IMG/VR virus record: IMGVR_UViG_3300036987_000083
Coordinates: 64,001-128,000 of that record
Length of the DNA stretch: 64,000 nt
Direction: 5' to 3' (one strand)
DNA from: a virus
Shown: positions 7,985-16,814 of the stretch, in pieces
Position numbering within the stretch: the first letter of the stretch is position 1
Layout of the letters: each line of letters begins with the position of its first letter
Position numbers and translations under genes: made by a program
Notes under the pieces: generated by a model
What the model saw: the letters and a program-made list of their open reading frames with translations, nothing else
Databases searched by the model: none
Told to the model about the DNA's origin: nothing

Positions 7985-8410
7985 TTACTCCGTGAGGGGC
8001 TTCAGCTCCGCGAGCACCTTCGCGAGGGTGAAGGGGCCCAGCTTCTTGTTGTGCCCGCCCTTGGGGATAATCAGGGCCGTTGGCGTGGGGTCGCCCTTGT
8101 CTGAATTCATGTAGTGCTCGGGGTCCGCCAGCTCCAGCAGCTCCGACACAACACTTTCTTTGTCCAGCATCAAACCCGAGTACCAGCGGGGGCCACAGCA
8201 TTCACACATGGACTCCGAGTAGTCCGGCTGGTCCGAGAGTCGCTCCCCCGCCTCCTGCTCGCAGTCCGCCTCGACGTACACCTGTTTCGCGGGCCCGGTG
8301 TAGAAGCCCCCGCTGTTGTTTTGCCAAAAGCGGAACCACGGGCCTTCCGCGAGGACCGTCTCCAGCATGGGCACCAAGCCCTCGGGGGTGCTCGCGTTGG
8401 TGTTCTTCAT
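7985..8410 (-). CDS. conserved phage hypothetical protein (QNNSGG..CECCGPRW, 141 aa)
   Basis: Leader plus promoter; Cys motif. Confidence 0.8.
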   Translation of the reverse strand: MKNTNASTPEGLVPMLETVLAEGPWFRFWQNNSGGFYTGPAKQVYVEADCEQEAGERLSDQPDYSESMCECCGPRWYSGLMLDKESVVSELLELADPEHYMNSDKGDPTPTALIIPKGGHNKKLGPFTLAKVLAELKPLTE

Positions 8411-8484
8411 GGCGTGTTCCTTTCCGGCGCGGGGACTGCCTCTCGGTTATACCTCCTGTGGCCTACTGTTGTCCAGCCTTTTCT

Positions 8485-8841
8485 TCAGAGCGCGTAAACC
8501 GCGCTGTACCACGACGTACACTGCTCGACGAAGGCCCCGGCCCTCGCCAGCGCCACGCGGCCTTCCTCCATGAGGCCATACTGCTCGTAGTCGAAGTTGC
8601 AGACAGGGGCCACGTCGCCGCCGTCATGCACGATGACGAAAAGGCCCTCGGTGCCGTACTCCTCACCCCGCGCCTTCCACTCCTCGGGGGTGTAGAACGT
8701 GGTGCAGCCCCCGGTGTGGGTCCGGCCCTTCTTCACGAGGAAGGCAACGAAGGCCTCGTAAGCCGCCCGAGCCTTGGGGTCGGCGAGGGTGATGGAGTTG
8801 AGGTCGTTCTTCGGAGCGTTGCGGGCGGAGTTGGCGGGCAT
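8485..8841 (-). CDS. conserved phage hypothetical protein (GGCTTFY..HDGG, 118 aa), leaderless
   Basis: ATG 6 nt below -10. Confidence 0.8.
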   Translation of the reverse strand: MPANSARNAPKNDLNSITLADPKARAAYEAFVAFLVKKGRTHTGGCTTFYTPEEWKARGEEYGTEGLFVIVHDGGDVAPVCNFDYEQYGLMEEGRVALARAGAFVEQCTSWYSAVYAL

Positions 8842-9017
8842 GGGTAATCAATACAGCAAATGGGGGTCACTTGTCCAGCCCTTAATTGAACTACTATTTG
8901 CCATGCCAACTGTCGTTGTCGGGCGGGGGAGGAGTTTTCCATGCTTTGTTCTGCGAAACCTGGCACAAGAAAAAACCCCGCCCCTTCGCGGGAGCGGGGT
9001 CGCGTCCATGTGGTCGC

Positions 9018-9236
9018 TCACTTCACGGGGTTGCCCGAGCCCTTGCACTTGGCGGGGGAGCGGAAGCCTCGGTGATTGGGGAGCGGGTCGGTTCGCTTGT
9101 TCACCGGGAAGGAGGCATCACACTCGGGGCAGTCGATGAACACCTGCCCTCGTGAGGACTTCAGGGGGCGTCCATCGGAGTAAATCTCGGGATCGAGCGG
9201 CTCGGACTCATTATCCACTTCGTCTTCAGTAGGCAT
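9018..9236 (-). CDS. Zn-ribbon-like protein (72 aa)
   Basis: CPEC..H..C; GAGG SD; palindrome after stop. Confidence 0.65.
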   Translation of the reverse strand: MPTEDEVDNESEPLDPEIYSDGRPLKSSRGQVFIDCPECDASFPVNKRTDPLPNHRGFRSPAKCKGSGNPVK

Positions 9237-9489
9237 CAGGGCACCTCGGAGTGAATGACGACGCTGGAATCCTTCCAGCTAGGTGTGGCCTTCCAGTTCC
9301 GCCCTTCGAGAGTCTTCGCCACCTTGGCCGGGCTGTCGGTGGGCATCTGAGCGAAGTAAAGCGTGCCGCAGTGTGGATGGGGTAGCGCCCCTCCCGCGCT
9401 TCGGTGCCCGGCTGGTAGGTGGAGAAGTCGGCGAGGTCACAGCCGAATGTCTCGGCAATCCAACGCTTCCAGCTCCACTTCGGTTTCAT
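9226..9489 (-). CDS. hypothetical protein (87 aa)
   Basis: ATGA overlap with upstream stop. Confidence 0.4.
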   Translation of the reverse strand: MKPKWSWKRWIAETFGCDLADFSTYQPGTEAREGRYPIHTAARFTSLRCPPTARPRWRRLSKGGTGRPHLAGRIPASSFTPRCPDAY

Positions 9490-9827
9490 CGATCCTCGCA
9501 GCAATCCATCGCGCTTTCGTACGCCGCCTCCATGTCACAGCGGTACTTCTCACCCCCCGCCTCCGCCAGCTCGTCTACCTCCGAGTCGGTCAGCTCGACC
9601 TCCGAGCCGTCACTCACGAGCGCGGCGCTGTGAACGCAGTAGCCCGCGTAGATGCCGACGGACGGGTCCGCCTGCTCCCACTCCCCCCACACCGCGACCT
9701 CCAGCTCCACGTCGTCCCCGTCAATCTCACGGGTAATGGTGGTGGTGAAGTCGGCGCTTTCCAGCAGCCTCACCAACTTCTGGGCGGCGGTAAGGACGGC
9801 GGGGGTCTTCGCGGGGTTGGGGGTCAT
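9486..9827 (-). CDS. acidic hypothetical protein (113 aa), leaderless
   Basis: ATG 6 nt below TATAAC. Confidence 0.75.
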   Translation of the reverse strand: MTPNPAKTPAVLTAAQKLVRLLESADFTTTITREIDGDDVELEVAVWGEWEQADPSVGIYAGYCVHSAALVSDGSEVELTDSEVDELAEAGGEKYRCDMEAAYESAMDCCEDR

Positions 9828-9995
9828 GCTGTCGTTATACAGGATACAGGGCACTCTTGCAAGCGTTTTGTTGAAGATAGTTTGGCCCGGAATTTGATTG
9901 TGCAAGTTGACTGCCTATGTGGCATGGAAAACTCCCCCAGGCTGGCATGGAGAGCCTGGCACCCTCCCCTCTCGGGGCTGGGGCCGGGCAGGCTG

Positions 9996-10229
9996 TTACG
10001 CGGGCTCGAAGCCTGTGTTGCAACCACCCAGCGCGGGGTGACACACCATCATGGTGCCGTCCGGCTGCTCGCGGCGGAGGGGAGGGGGAAGCTCCGTGAT
10101 GGTTCCCTTGCTGAGACACACGGGGCAGGCCGTGTGCCTCACGACGCACTGGTAGGTGCTGCCCTTGTAGTGCCACTCCAATGAGGAGCGATACTTCGTG
10201 TCGTTGTCGGTCTGCGCGGGGAGGTTCAT
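9996..10229 (-). CDS. Cys-rich protein (77 aa), leaderless
   Basis: MNLPAQ start 6 nt below TATAAC; CPVC..CHPALGGC. Confidence 0.7.
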   Translation of the reverse strand: MNLPAQTDNDTKYRSSLEWHYKGSTYQCVVRHTACPVCLSKGTITELPPPLRREQPDGTMMVCHPALGGCNTGFEPA

Positions 10230-10413
10230 GCTTCCGTTATACACGAGACAGGGCACTAGCACAAGACCCCTGACGAAATAGTTTCGGCATAGATGTTGAT
10301 TGTGCAGATAGAATGCCATTGGCCAGAGGAAAACTCCTAGTCTTGGTGTCTTTGAAAACCTGGCGTGGAAAAGCCCGCCATCCTTTCGGATGACGGGCCG
10401 ACCACATGGTCGC

Positions 10414-10842
10414 TCAGCAGTCGTAGCCGCCGTTTTCCATGCGCCGGGTGTAGGCGTCCGCGCGGTCATCGTCGGCGCGGGCCTGCTCCTGCTGCTCCCA
10501 GATGGCGAGGTCTGCCTGCTGGGCAGCGTCGCAGGACGCGAAATCCACGACAGGGACGACGCGGAGGCCCTTGCACTCGGCGCACTGCACGTCATACGCG
10601 CCCGCGAAGTAGGCTTCCTCGAAGTCGGGGTCCGCGTCGAACTCCTCCTGACTGATGCCCTGCGAGTCGATGGAGGGGTTGACGTGCGTGCCCTTGCCCT
10701 GACAGGTGCCGCACACCTCGAACTTCGCCGGGAAGTCGGTGTCCACCTCGTCACCCTCCGGGTCGTAGATGGTGAGCGTTACGGTGTTGGCCTTGGGGTC
10801 GAATCGGTTGGCGGGGAAGTTACGCTCTCGACGGTCGGGCAT
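10414..10842 (-). CDS. DnaJ-type CxxCxGxG zinc-finger phage protein (142 aa)
   Basis: CGTCQGKG and CAECKG motifs; conserved leader. Confidence 0.8.
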   Translation of the reverse strand: MPDRRERNFPANRFDPKANTVTLTIYDPEGDEVDTDFPAKFEVCGTCQGKGTHVNPSIDSQGISQEEFDADPDFEEAYFAGAYDVQCAECKGLRVVPVVDFASCDAAQQADLAIWEQQEQARADDDRADAYTRRMENGGYDC

Positions 10843-11051
10843 TGGGTCGTTTCCTTTGCTACTGCGGGTTGCGGCACTTGTACCACAGGCTGACTGTCGT
10901 TGTCAAGCGCAACAAGCCCGAGGATGATGACGGCAATGACAGCGATGACCGGAATGGCCTTGACGAGGAAGATGATGAGCCTGACGAAGGCCTTGACGGC
11001 GTACCATGCCAGAATCAGCCCCAACAGCAGGAAGAAGATGGTGGTAATCAT
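10779..11051 (-). CDS. membrane protein (two hydrophobic segments), leaderless
   Basis: Very hydrophobic first 48 aa; frame runs on through next promoter. Confidence 0.55.
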   Translation of the reverse strand: MITTIFFLLLGLILAWYAVKAFVRLIIFLVKAIPVIAVIAVIILGLVALDNDSQPVVQVPQPAVAKETTQCPTVESVTSPPTDSTPRPTP

Positions 11052-11275
11052 TCCACCACCATAGCACCAAGGCAGCCCGTTGTCAAGTGGAATAAGGGGT
11101 GGGAGTTTTCCCTTGGTGAGAAAAAACCAGGCCGACCAAGCCCCGCAGCTTGATCGGCCCTCTATGCGAACTCGGAATTGTGAAGCAGCCTAAGAGTCGC
11201 GGTGACTAGCCGCTCGCTTTCCCCGCCAGTCTAGCAGGTACATCACCGGACCCTCCGGTCCGCTCTTAGGCTCCT

Positions 11276-11485
11276 TCACAGTCCCGAATCCACCTCGAAG
11301 CCCTGCGCTTCGAGGTTGTCGTAATCCAGCGCCCGCTGAATGTCGGAGCCCGACAGTCCGGGCATATCCTCGTCGTCCCACTCCTCCACCGACGGGCCGG
11401 GCTTGCGCGCCATCGGGTGAGCCCCCGCGCCGGACTTCATGGAAGCGTGCAGGTGAACGATGTTGCGGTGCTTGGGGGTCGTCAT
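11276..11485 (-). CDS. hypothetical protein with acidic C-terminus (69 aa), leaderless
   Basis: ATG 6 nt below TAGAAA. Confidence 0.7.
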   Translation of the reverse strand: MTTPKHRNIVHLHASMKSGAGAHPMARKPGPSVEEWDDEDMPGLSGSDIQRALDYDNLEAQGFEVDSGL

Positions 11486-11573
11486 GTTCTCTTTCTACCA
11501 CTGTTTGACTGCCGTTGTCAAGCGCCGTATGGGTACCGGGTAGACGCGCCCGGCCCCGCTGTCTGACTCCCCT

Positions 11574-11765
11574 CTAGTGCGTCTTGCGGAGGGCGTTGAG
11601 GGCCGCTTGCAGCCCTTCCCGCATGCCGTCGAGGCACTCGTTGTCGAGACGCTCAGCGGTCTTCTCGTGCTCAGCGATTTCGTGAAGGAGGGTTCTGGCC
11701 ATCGCTCGGACAACCAGCTTGCGGAAGGCGTGGTTGTCCGCCAAGAGGGGGTCGTCCGGGTCCAT
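11574..11765 (-). CDS. hypothetical protein (63 aa)
   Basis: Conserved leader and promoter. Confidence 0.7.
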   Translation of the reverse strand: MDPDDPLLADNHAFRKLVVRAMARTLLHEIAEHEKTAERLDNECLDGMREGLQAALNALRKTH

Positions 11766-11884
11766 GGTGTTTCCTTTCGACTGCGGGGTGCGCTAGGTAT
11801 ACAGCCAATGGCGTGCGATTGTCTAGCTCTTTGTTCGGCTCAATTGAAAGTAGTTGGCACGGTAAATGATATTTGAACTGGGGG

Positions 11885-12094
11885 CTACCAATTGCCATTG
11901 GCGATGTTGGGGATTTTTTCCCAGTCGCGGATTTTGTGGTTCCAGCGCCACTCGTGCAGTTGGTTCCACGGAATCTCAGGAGGGGGCGCGTGCGTTGGGA
12001 TGAACTCGGTATCCCGAAACGGAGCGGTCCAATTCTTCGTGTTGGTTTGATTGGTGCTGTGATTTCCGCTCCAGTGACCGTTTGCGGGGCTCAT
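11885..12094 (-). CDS. Trp/Asn-rich hypothetical protein (69 aa), leaderless
   Basis: ATG 6 nt below TAGAAG; MSPAN start. Confidence 0.65.
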   Translation of the reverse strand: MSPANGHWSGNHSTNQTNTKNWTAPFRDTEFIPTHAPPPEIPWNQLHEWRWNHKIRDWEKIPNIANGNW

Positions 12095-12234
12095 GCGCTC
12101 CTTCTACTGCGCTAGGCAGTCAATGGTCAAGGTATTTGTTTCGACCAATGACAGCTAATTTGGCACGAGAAGAAACTTCATTGCGCTTCAATTAACTGTT
12201 GCATCTGTGGGCTGTCATGGTGTATTGTGTCCGC

Positions 12235-12453
12235 ATGAACGAACTCGCCAGCAAGGTTCTCGCAGCGGTCTTCTCGGCGGTCGAGTCGGCTGGTCCCGAT
12301 GGGGTGTCAGGCGGTACGCTCTACGCGGCCCTGATGTCGCAGGGCTGCACCATGGAGCAGTATACCGTGCTCATGGACCTGCTCACGTCGAGCGGGCTGC
12401 TGGTGAAGGAGGGCGAGCTGTACTACGTAGCCCCCGAGGCGAAGGCGGCCTGA
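12235..12453 (+). CDS. small winged-helix-like protein (72 aa), leaderless
   Basis: TTGCAT-N18-TATTGT-N6-ATG; helix-helix-helix-GLLVK-x-YY pattern suggests wHTH. Confidence 0.65.
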   Translation: MNELASKVLAAVFSAVESAGPDGVSGGTLYAALMSQGCTMEQYTVLMDLLTSSGLLVKEGELYYVAPEAKAA

Positions 12454-12553
12454 GGGGGCGAGCAGCGCCACCAGAGCCCAGGCTTTGGTGGAAGTCGGGC
12501 GGGAGTTTTCCCTGGTGCTGCTGGCCGAACCTGGCTCGCGACCATGTGGTCGC

Positions 12554-12820
12554 TTAGGGGCTGGGCACTTCGCAGATGGCCCATCGCACGCCAGTGTAAT
12601 CAACGGGCGGCATGTGGGGGTCCAGCGGGCATCGCAGCGCCGCGCGGTTCCCCTTGAAGGTCTGCCCGGCCCCACACAGCACCCCGGCAGCCGCCGCCCA
12701 CGCATTGAGCGCATCCACGAGGGGGCTCACTTCGCTACGGTTCTTCGACTCGGCGACGTTCCACGTGCGGAAGGCGTCGTAGCTGCCAGTGCTGCCGGTG
12801 ACGACGTAGAGGGTTGCCAT
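12554..12820 (-). CDS. hypothetical protein (88 aa)
   Basis: AAGGTGG SD; palindrome after stop. Confidence 0.7.
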   Translation of the reverse strand: MATLYVVTGSTGSYDAFRTWNVAESKNRSEVSPLVDALNAWAAAAGVLCGAGQTFKGNRAALRCPLDPHMPPVDYTGVRWAICEVPSP

Positions 12821-12909
12821 GGTTCCACCTTACCGGGTGAGGAACGGGAAAGAAACCGGGCGAAGGGGGCCCCGCAGCCCCCTCCGCCCTCTATGCGACC
12901 CCGAAGGGC

Positions 12910-13068
12910 TTACTTCGAGGTGGGCGCGTGGGGCGCGAACTCCACGAGGCGCACGCCGGGTGCGTACATCTCGACCCAGCGCGTCATGGCGATGGCCGTG
13001 GGCGCGTGAAAGCGATTGGGAAGCGGAAGGCTGAGGGGGCGCTGCTTCTGCACGAGGTCGGGGTTCAT
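12910..13068 (-). CDS. hypothetical protein (52 aa), leaderless
   Basis: MNPDLV start 6 nt below TATAAG. Confidence 0.65.
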   Translation of the reverse strand: MNPDLVQKQRPLSLPLPNRFHAPTAIAMTRWVEMYAPGVRLVEFAPHAPTSK

Positions 13069-13201
13069 GCCCCACTTATACAACGAAAGGTCTGCCGTTG
13101 TCAAGCATCCCGAGGGGGGAAGAACTCAAACAAAATGCTTGCACAATGGCGGTTCATAGTGTATTGAAGGGGTGCAGTTCAACCCGCTCAAAGGAAACCG
13201 A

Positions 13202-13306
13202 ATGCCCCCCAAGCCTGTGCGCCCCACTGTGACGCCTTCCACCACCCGTAAGGTGGCGGTCAAGGGAAACATTGTCGTCGTTCAGACGGTTAACAAGCTC
13301 AAGTGA
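13202..13306 (+). CDS. small basic protein (34 aa)
   Basis: TTGCAC-N17-TATTGA promoter, CCCGCTCAAAGGAAACCGA leader; MPPKPVRPTVTPSTTRKVAVKGNIVVVQTVNKLK. Confidence 0.6.
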   Translation: MPPKPVRPTVTPSTTRKVAVKGNIVVVQTVNKLK

Positions 13307-13513
13307 GCCGCTTCGTGCGGGAGGTGGCGGCGAGCGCCGCCGTCACCTTCGCGGTAGGCGCAGCCGTGATTCTCCTCCTCACCCTTCTCAGTTGAAGGGA
13401 GCCCGGCCCGAAAGGGTCGGGTGTCCCTGTGGGATGGAAAACTCCCTCCCCTGGAATTTAGGCACAAAAAACCCGCCAGCCCCGAAGGGCTAGCGGGCGC
13501 GCTGCGGGTCGAG

Positions 13514-13843
13514 TCACCCCACCTCTTCCGCGAAGAGGGTGCGACCGCTGAAGAGCATGAAGGAGCGGGTCGTCAGGGTGTAGGGCTTGCCCTCGTTGTC
13601 GGTATACTCCCGCGCTTCCACCGTCTGAGGCGTCTCGCTGACGGACACCTTGCCTCTGCCCTTGAGCTTCACCTCGTTGAGCTTCTGCGTGGCCAGCTCG
13701 CGGACCTTCTCGGAGGTGAGCGGCTCCGTGGCGGGCACCTCGGCGAGCGGGAAGTGCGCGCTCTTCACCTTGCGGTTACGGCCGAAAACGCCGACGACTC
13801 GCATCTCGTAGGACAGGATTTCGCGCTGAACTGACTCGGGCAT
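13514..13843 (-). CDS. hypothetical protein (109 aa)
   Basis: Conserved leader and promoter. Confidence 0.75.
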   Translation of the reverse strand: MPESVQREILSYEMRVVGVFGRNRKVKSAHFPLAEVPATEPLTSEKVRELATQKLNEVKLKGRGKVSVSETPQTVEAREYTDNEGKPYTLTTRSFMLFSGRTLFAEEVG

Positions 13844-13908
13844 GGGGTGTTTCCTTTCGACTGCGGGGGAGCCACTTTATACCGTAAATGCCCTGTCGGT
13901 GTCAAGCC

Positions 13909-14151
13909 TTAGCAGCGGGCCATTTCGGGCATGGGCCCAATACCACGCTGGAAGGCGAGGAAAACCAGCAGCTCGGCTTCGGCGGCCTTGGCCGTGGGGT
14001 AGTAGTCGGACTCGCGGCTATACGGGCCGCAATCGCAGGTGCTACCGATGTACCAGCCGCCGCCAGAGTGACAGACGGTGAGGGGAACGGCGCTGTTGCA
14101 GTCAGAGCAGACCGAAGGGGCGCCAGACAATTGAGTTTCACCGGGGAGCAT
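13909..14151 (-). CDS. Cys-rich conserved phage protein (GWYIG..CGPYSRES, 80 aa)
   Basis: AAGGA SD, promoter at 14183-14211. Confidence 0.75.
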   Translation of the reverse strand: MLPGETQLSGAPSVCSDCNSAVPLTVCHSGGGWYIGSTCDCGPYSRESDYYPTAKAAEAELLVFLAFQRGIGPMPEMARC

Positions 14152-14278
14152 CGCGGGGTTCCTTGGTTTCGGGGAGGGGGGAGTAATACACGTGTGGGCT
14201 TCAGTTGTCAAGTGGAAAGCACCTGGAGGGAGTTTTCCCTCCTCCCTGGGGCTTCGTTGGTTTTGCGTGAGGAGTGCC

Positions 14279-14419
14279 TCAGCGGACGGGGCGAATGTCC
14301 CAAAGGACGAAAGAGCCTTCCACGCCTAGCTCGACATAGCCTAGCGCCTGCATAAACAGGCACCATTGCGCTTGGGTGTAGAACGCGCGCAGCGGCTTGA
14401 AGGGCGGGAGGGCGTCCAT
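14279..14419 (-). CDS. putative small protein (46 aa) starting inside the palindrome
   Basis: ATG of CATATG; MDALPPFKPLRAFYTQAQWCLFMQALGYVELGVEGSFVLWDIRPVR; no SD. Confidence 0.4.
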   Translation of the reverse strand: MDALPPFKPLRAFYTQAQWCLFMQALGYVELGVEGSFVLWDIRPVR

Positions 14420-14426
14420 ATGGTCG

Positions 14427-14816
14427 CTACTTCGGTACTACGGTTTTCACGATGCCAGTCAGCACGAGACAGAAGGGCAGGCGCTGTGGGTCTGTCAGCT
14501 TGTTGCTGTGCTCGGGCAGGGTGCCGGGGGCGCATGACAGCGTGATGTGCGGGCAGCGCCCCGGCGCCATGAGGGCGCCCGCGTTGTGGTCCAGTTCCAC
14601 CAGCACGGCCTGCCCTTGGCCGTCAGCCATCACCGCTGACACCACCGCGCGGGCCTGAAACTCGCTCGTGACGGGGGAAGCAGGGTTATGCATAAGCGTC
14701 ACATGGTCCGCGAACACCCGCCCGTGTACGGGCTTCACTAGCGCCAGCAGCAGCGCCCGTGACTCCTTGTCGAGTGACAGGCAGGTGAAGGGCTTTGGCG
14801 GTTCGCGGGGAGTCAT
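14427..14816 (-). CDS. 2H phosphoesterase family protein (129 aa)
   Basis: Two HxT motifs (DHVTL, PHITL) plus G..P..SN.L; TAAGGAG SD. Confidence 0.8.
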   Translation of the reverse strand: MTPREPPKPFTCLSLDKESRALLLALVKPVHGRVFADHVTLMHNPASPVTSEFQARAVVSAVMADGQGQAVLVELDHNAGALMAPGRCPHITLSCAPGTLPEHSNKLTDPQRLPFCLVLTGIVKTVVPK

Positions 14817-14823
14817 GGCTTCC

Positions 14824-14931
14824 TTAGCGGCAGACGGGGCAAACCGACTTGCCCTTGACCGTCTGTGTCGGACGGCCACAACACATCTTTGGGAAGACCA
14901 CGACGACTGCGGGCGGGGTGGTGGGGCTCAT
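14824..14931 (-). CDS. Cys-rich micro-protein (35 aa), leaderless
   Basis: MSPTTPPAVVVVFPKMCCGRPTQTVKGKSVCPVCR; 6 nt below TATAAG. Confidence 0.6.
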   Translation of the reverse strand: MSPTTPPAVVVVFPKMCCGRPTQTVKGKSVCPVCR

Positions 14932-14962
14932 TCCCACCTTATACACGCAACGTCTGCCGTTG

Positions 14963-15169
14963 TCAACCCCTGTAGGGTTCGACCTTGTAGCCCTGCCGCG
15001 TGATGGCCTCGCTGAAGGAAAACGGCGTGTTGCGGTGAATCCACTTGAAGCACTCGTTATGCCCGGCGGGGCCCGTGTCTTTCGAGGTGAAGACGACGAC
15101 GAGCCCGCCAGCGCCGCCGTTCCACGTGTTAATGATACGGAAGCGGTGCGGGGTTTCGGTCTGGCTCAT
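14963..15169 (-). CDS. hypothetical protein (68 aa)
   Basis: Leader plus promoter; stop in next TTGACA. Confidence 0.75.
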   Translation of the reverse strand: MSQTETPHRFRIINTWNGGAGGLVVVFTSKDTGPAGHNECFKWIHRNTPFSFSEAITRQGYKVEPYRG

Positions 15170-15226
15170 GGGGTGTTCCTCTCACCTGCGGGGTGCCCAA
15201 GGAATACAGCGAAATGCCTGCCGTTG

Positions 15227-15319
15227 TCAAGCGATGCGTGCGCGAATCTTCAGCCACAGGACGCGCACCACGGGAATCAGCATGACGAGGGCGGCAAGCT
15301 CTTGCGGGCAGATATGCAT
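15227..15319 (-). CDS. hydrophobic micro-protein (30 aa), leaderless
   Basis: MHICPQELAALVMLIPVVRVLWLKIRARIA; promoter 15327-15355. Confidence 0.55.
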   Translation of the reverse strand: MHICPQELAALVMLIPVVRVLWLKIRARIA

Positions 15320-15434
15320 GGGCCCCTTTCTAGTCCATAGCCCTCCCATTGTCAAGCCCAAAGGAGAGGGAAAACTCCCTCCCGAGTCCCTGGGCACGAA
15401 AAGGCCCGGCTCCCTTTCGGGGCCGGGCGGCACT

Positions 15435-15653
15435 TCAGAAGTCGGACTCACCCCCATAGTCGTAGTCATTGTCATGGGCGAAATCCTCGTTTTCCTTGAG
15501 GTCGCCGGGGTCCCCCTCGTTGTAGTAGCCCGGAGGGAGGGGTTCGTTGTCGAAGTCGATTTCCTCGCCGGGCTCCGGGGGAACATCCCCCTGCGGGTCC
15601 ACAGCGTCGAAGTCGGGGGCGTGCTTACCGTCACGGATGGAAACGAGGGGCAT
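15435..15653 (-). CDS. highly acidic small protein (72 aa)
   Basis: AGGAG SD; Asp/Glu-rich. Confidence 0.7.
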   Translation of the reverse strand: MPLVSIRDGKHAPDFDAVDPQGDVPPEPGEEIDFDNEPLPPGYYNEGDPGDLKENEDFAHDNDYDYGGESDF

Positions 15654-15714
15654 GCGGGGCTCCTGTTTGGGGTGTCCCTACTTATACAGCGGATTGACTG
15701 TCAGTGTCAAGTGC

Positions 15715-15918
15715 CTAGTTGACGCGAATCGTCGCGACGAACGCCACGATGGCCGCCTCCACCGCCGAGTCGTCGCCCCCGGCAGCGGCAGCGGCCTTGC
15801 CAGCGGCAAACACCTTGGGAATGGCCATCAGGGGAATCTGGACCCCCGAGCAGCTCTGCCCGTAGATGCGGGTGATACGGGCGTCGAGGGCCTTCTCTTC
15901 TTTGGTCTGGCGGGGCAT
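15715..15918 (-). CDS. hypothetical protein (67 aa), leaderless
   Basis: ATG 5 nt below TATAAG. Confidence 0.7.
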   Translation of the reverse strand: MPRQTKEEKALDARITRIYGQSCSGVQIPLMAIPKVFAAGKAAAAAGGDDSAVEAAIVAFVATIRVN

Positions 15919-16067
15919 GACCCCTTATACAGTGGAAGGTCTGCCGTTGTCAAGCTATAAACGGCGCCTTCCGACAATCCGAGTCGGGGAAAACTCCCAC
16001 CTTGTGTCCCTGGGCACGAAAAAGCCCGCCTCCCTTTCGGGAAGCGGGCGGCCCTGCCGTGAGGCCG

Positions 16068-16421
16068 TCAGTCGATGGCCCACGGGGCGGCGTTGTAGCC
16101 GGGGAGGGTGCAGACCGTGGCTCGCGTCAAGTCGTCGAGGAAGCTGGCGGCCTTGGAGTCCTTCCACCCGTCATGCTCGCAGCTCTGGTACTGAAGGCTT
16201 TGAATCGCCTTCAGCACCCCCACGGCGTCAACCGCGCCGAGGAAGCGGGTGAAGCGGTACGGCGGAGGCAGCGCCTTTTCCGCGTAGCGGGCGTTGACGC
16301 TGAGGAAATTCTCGCTCCAAAGCATCTGGCCCACGGCATTGGGGTCCATGGATCCCATGGACCCCATGGCGGCAGTAACCAGCAAGTCGATGTGCTTCTT
16401 CGTCACGATGAAGGCGCTCAT
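16068..16421 (-). CDS. conserved phage hypothetical protein (EN..SV..RY..YQSCE, 117 aa)
   Basis: Start re-set to MSAFIV after conserved leader. Confidence 0.8.
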   Translation of the reverse strand: MSAFIVTKKHIDLLVTAAMGSMGSMDPNAVGQMLWSENFLSVNARYAEKALPPPYRFTRFLGAVDAVGVLKAIQSLQYQSCEHDGWKDSKAASFLDDLTRATVCTLPGYNAAPWAID

Positions 16422-16477
16422 TGTGTTTCCTTTCAGGCAGCGGGGTGCCCTCTTATACAGCGAAAGGTCTGCCGTTG

Positions 16478-16669
16478 TCAAGGGCAACAGTGATTGTTCG
16501 GAACCTCCCACCAAGCCATGATGAAGAAGCCCGGCGGAATCCGCTCTTTCACTGACTCGGCGGCTTCCTCCGCCGTCGCGCCCACACCGTCAAAGACGGT
16601 GAAGCGGTAGACGTGCTTTTCCCCCGGAATCAGGGTCGTCTGGTTTGTTACAAAATGGTATTTTTGCAT
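16478..16669 (-). CDS. hypothetical protein (63 aa)
   Basis: Promoter upstream; stop in next TTGACA. Confidence 0.65.
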   Translation of the reverse strand: MQKYHFVTNQTTLIPGEKHVYRFTVFDGVGATAEEAAESVKERIPPGFFIMAWWEVPNNHCCP

Positions 16670-16814
16670 GGCGGGTGCCCCACAATACTACGCAGGGTCT
16701 GCCGTTGTCAAGCTCTTTGTGCCGTAGGGGGAGGGAAAACTCCCTTCCTGAAACCCTGGCATGAAAAAGCCCGCCAACCCCGAGGGGCTGACGGGCTCGC
16801 GTCCATATGGTCGC

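Noticed and set aside
264-16514. ORF-track N-termini such as MTTADLS / MTTAV / MTTEA (starts 671, 3853, 13104, 14211)
   Set aside because: These are the TTG ACA ACG GCA GAC of the -35 promoter core read as codons, not a shared peptide; true starts lie downstream
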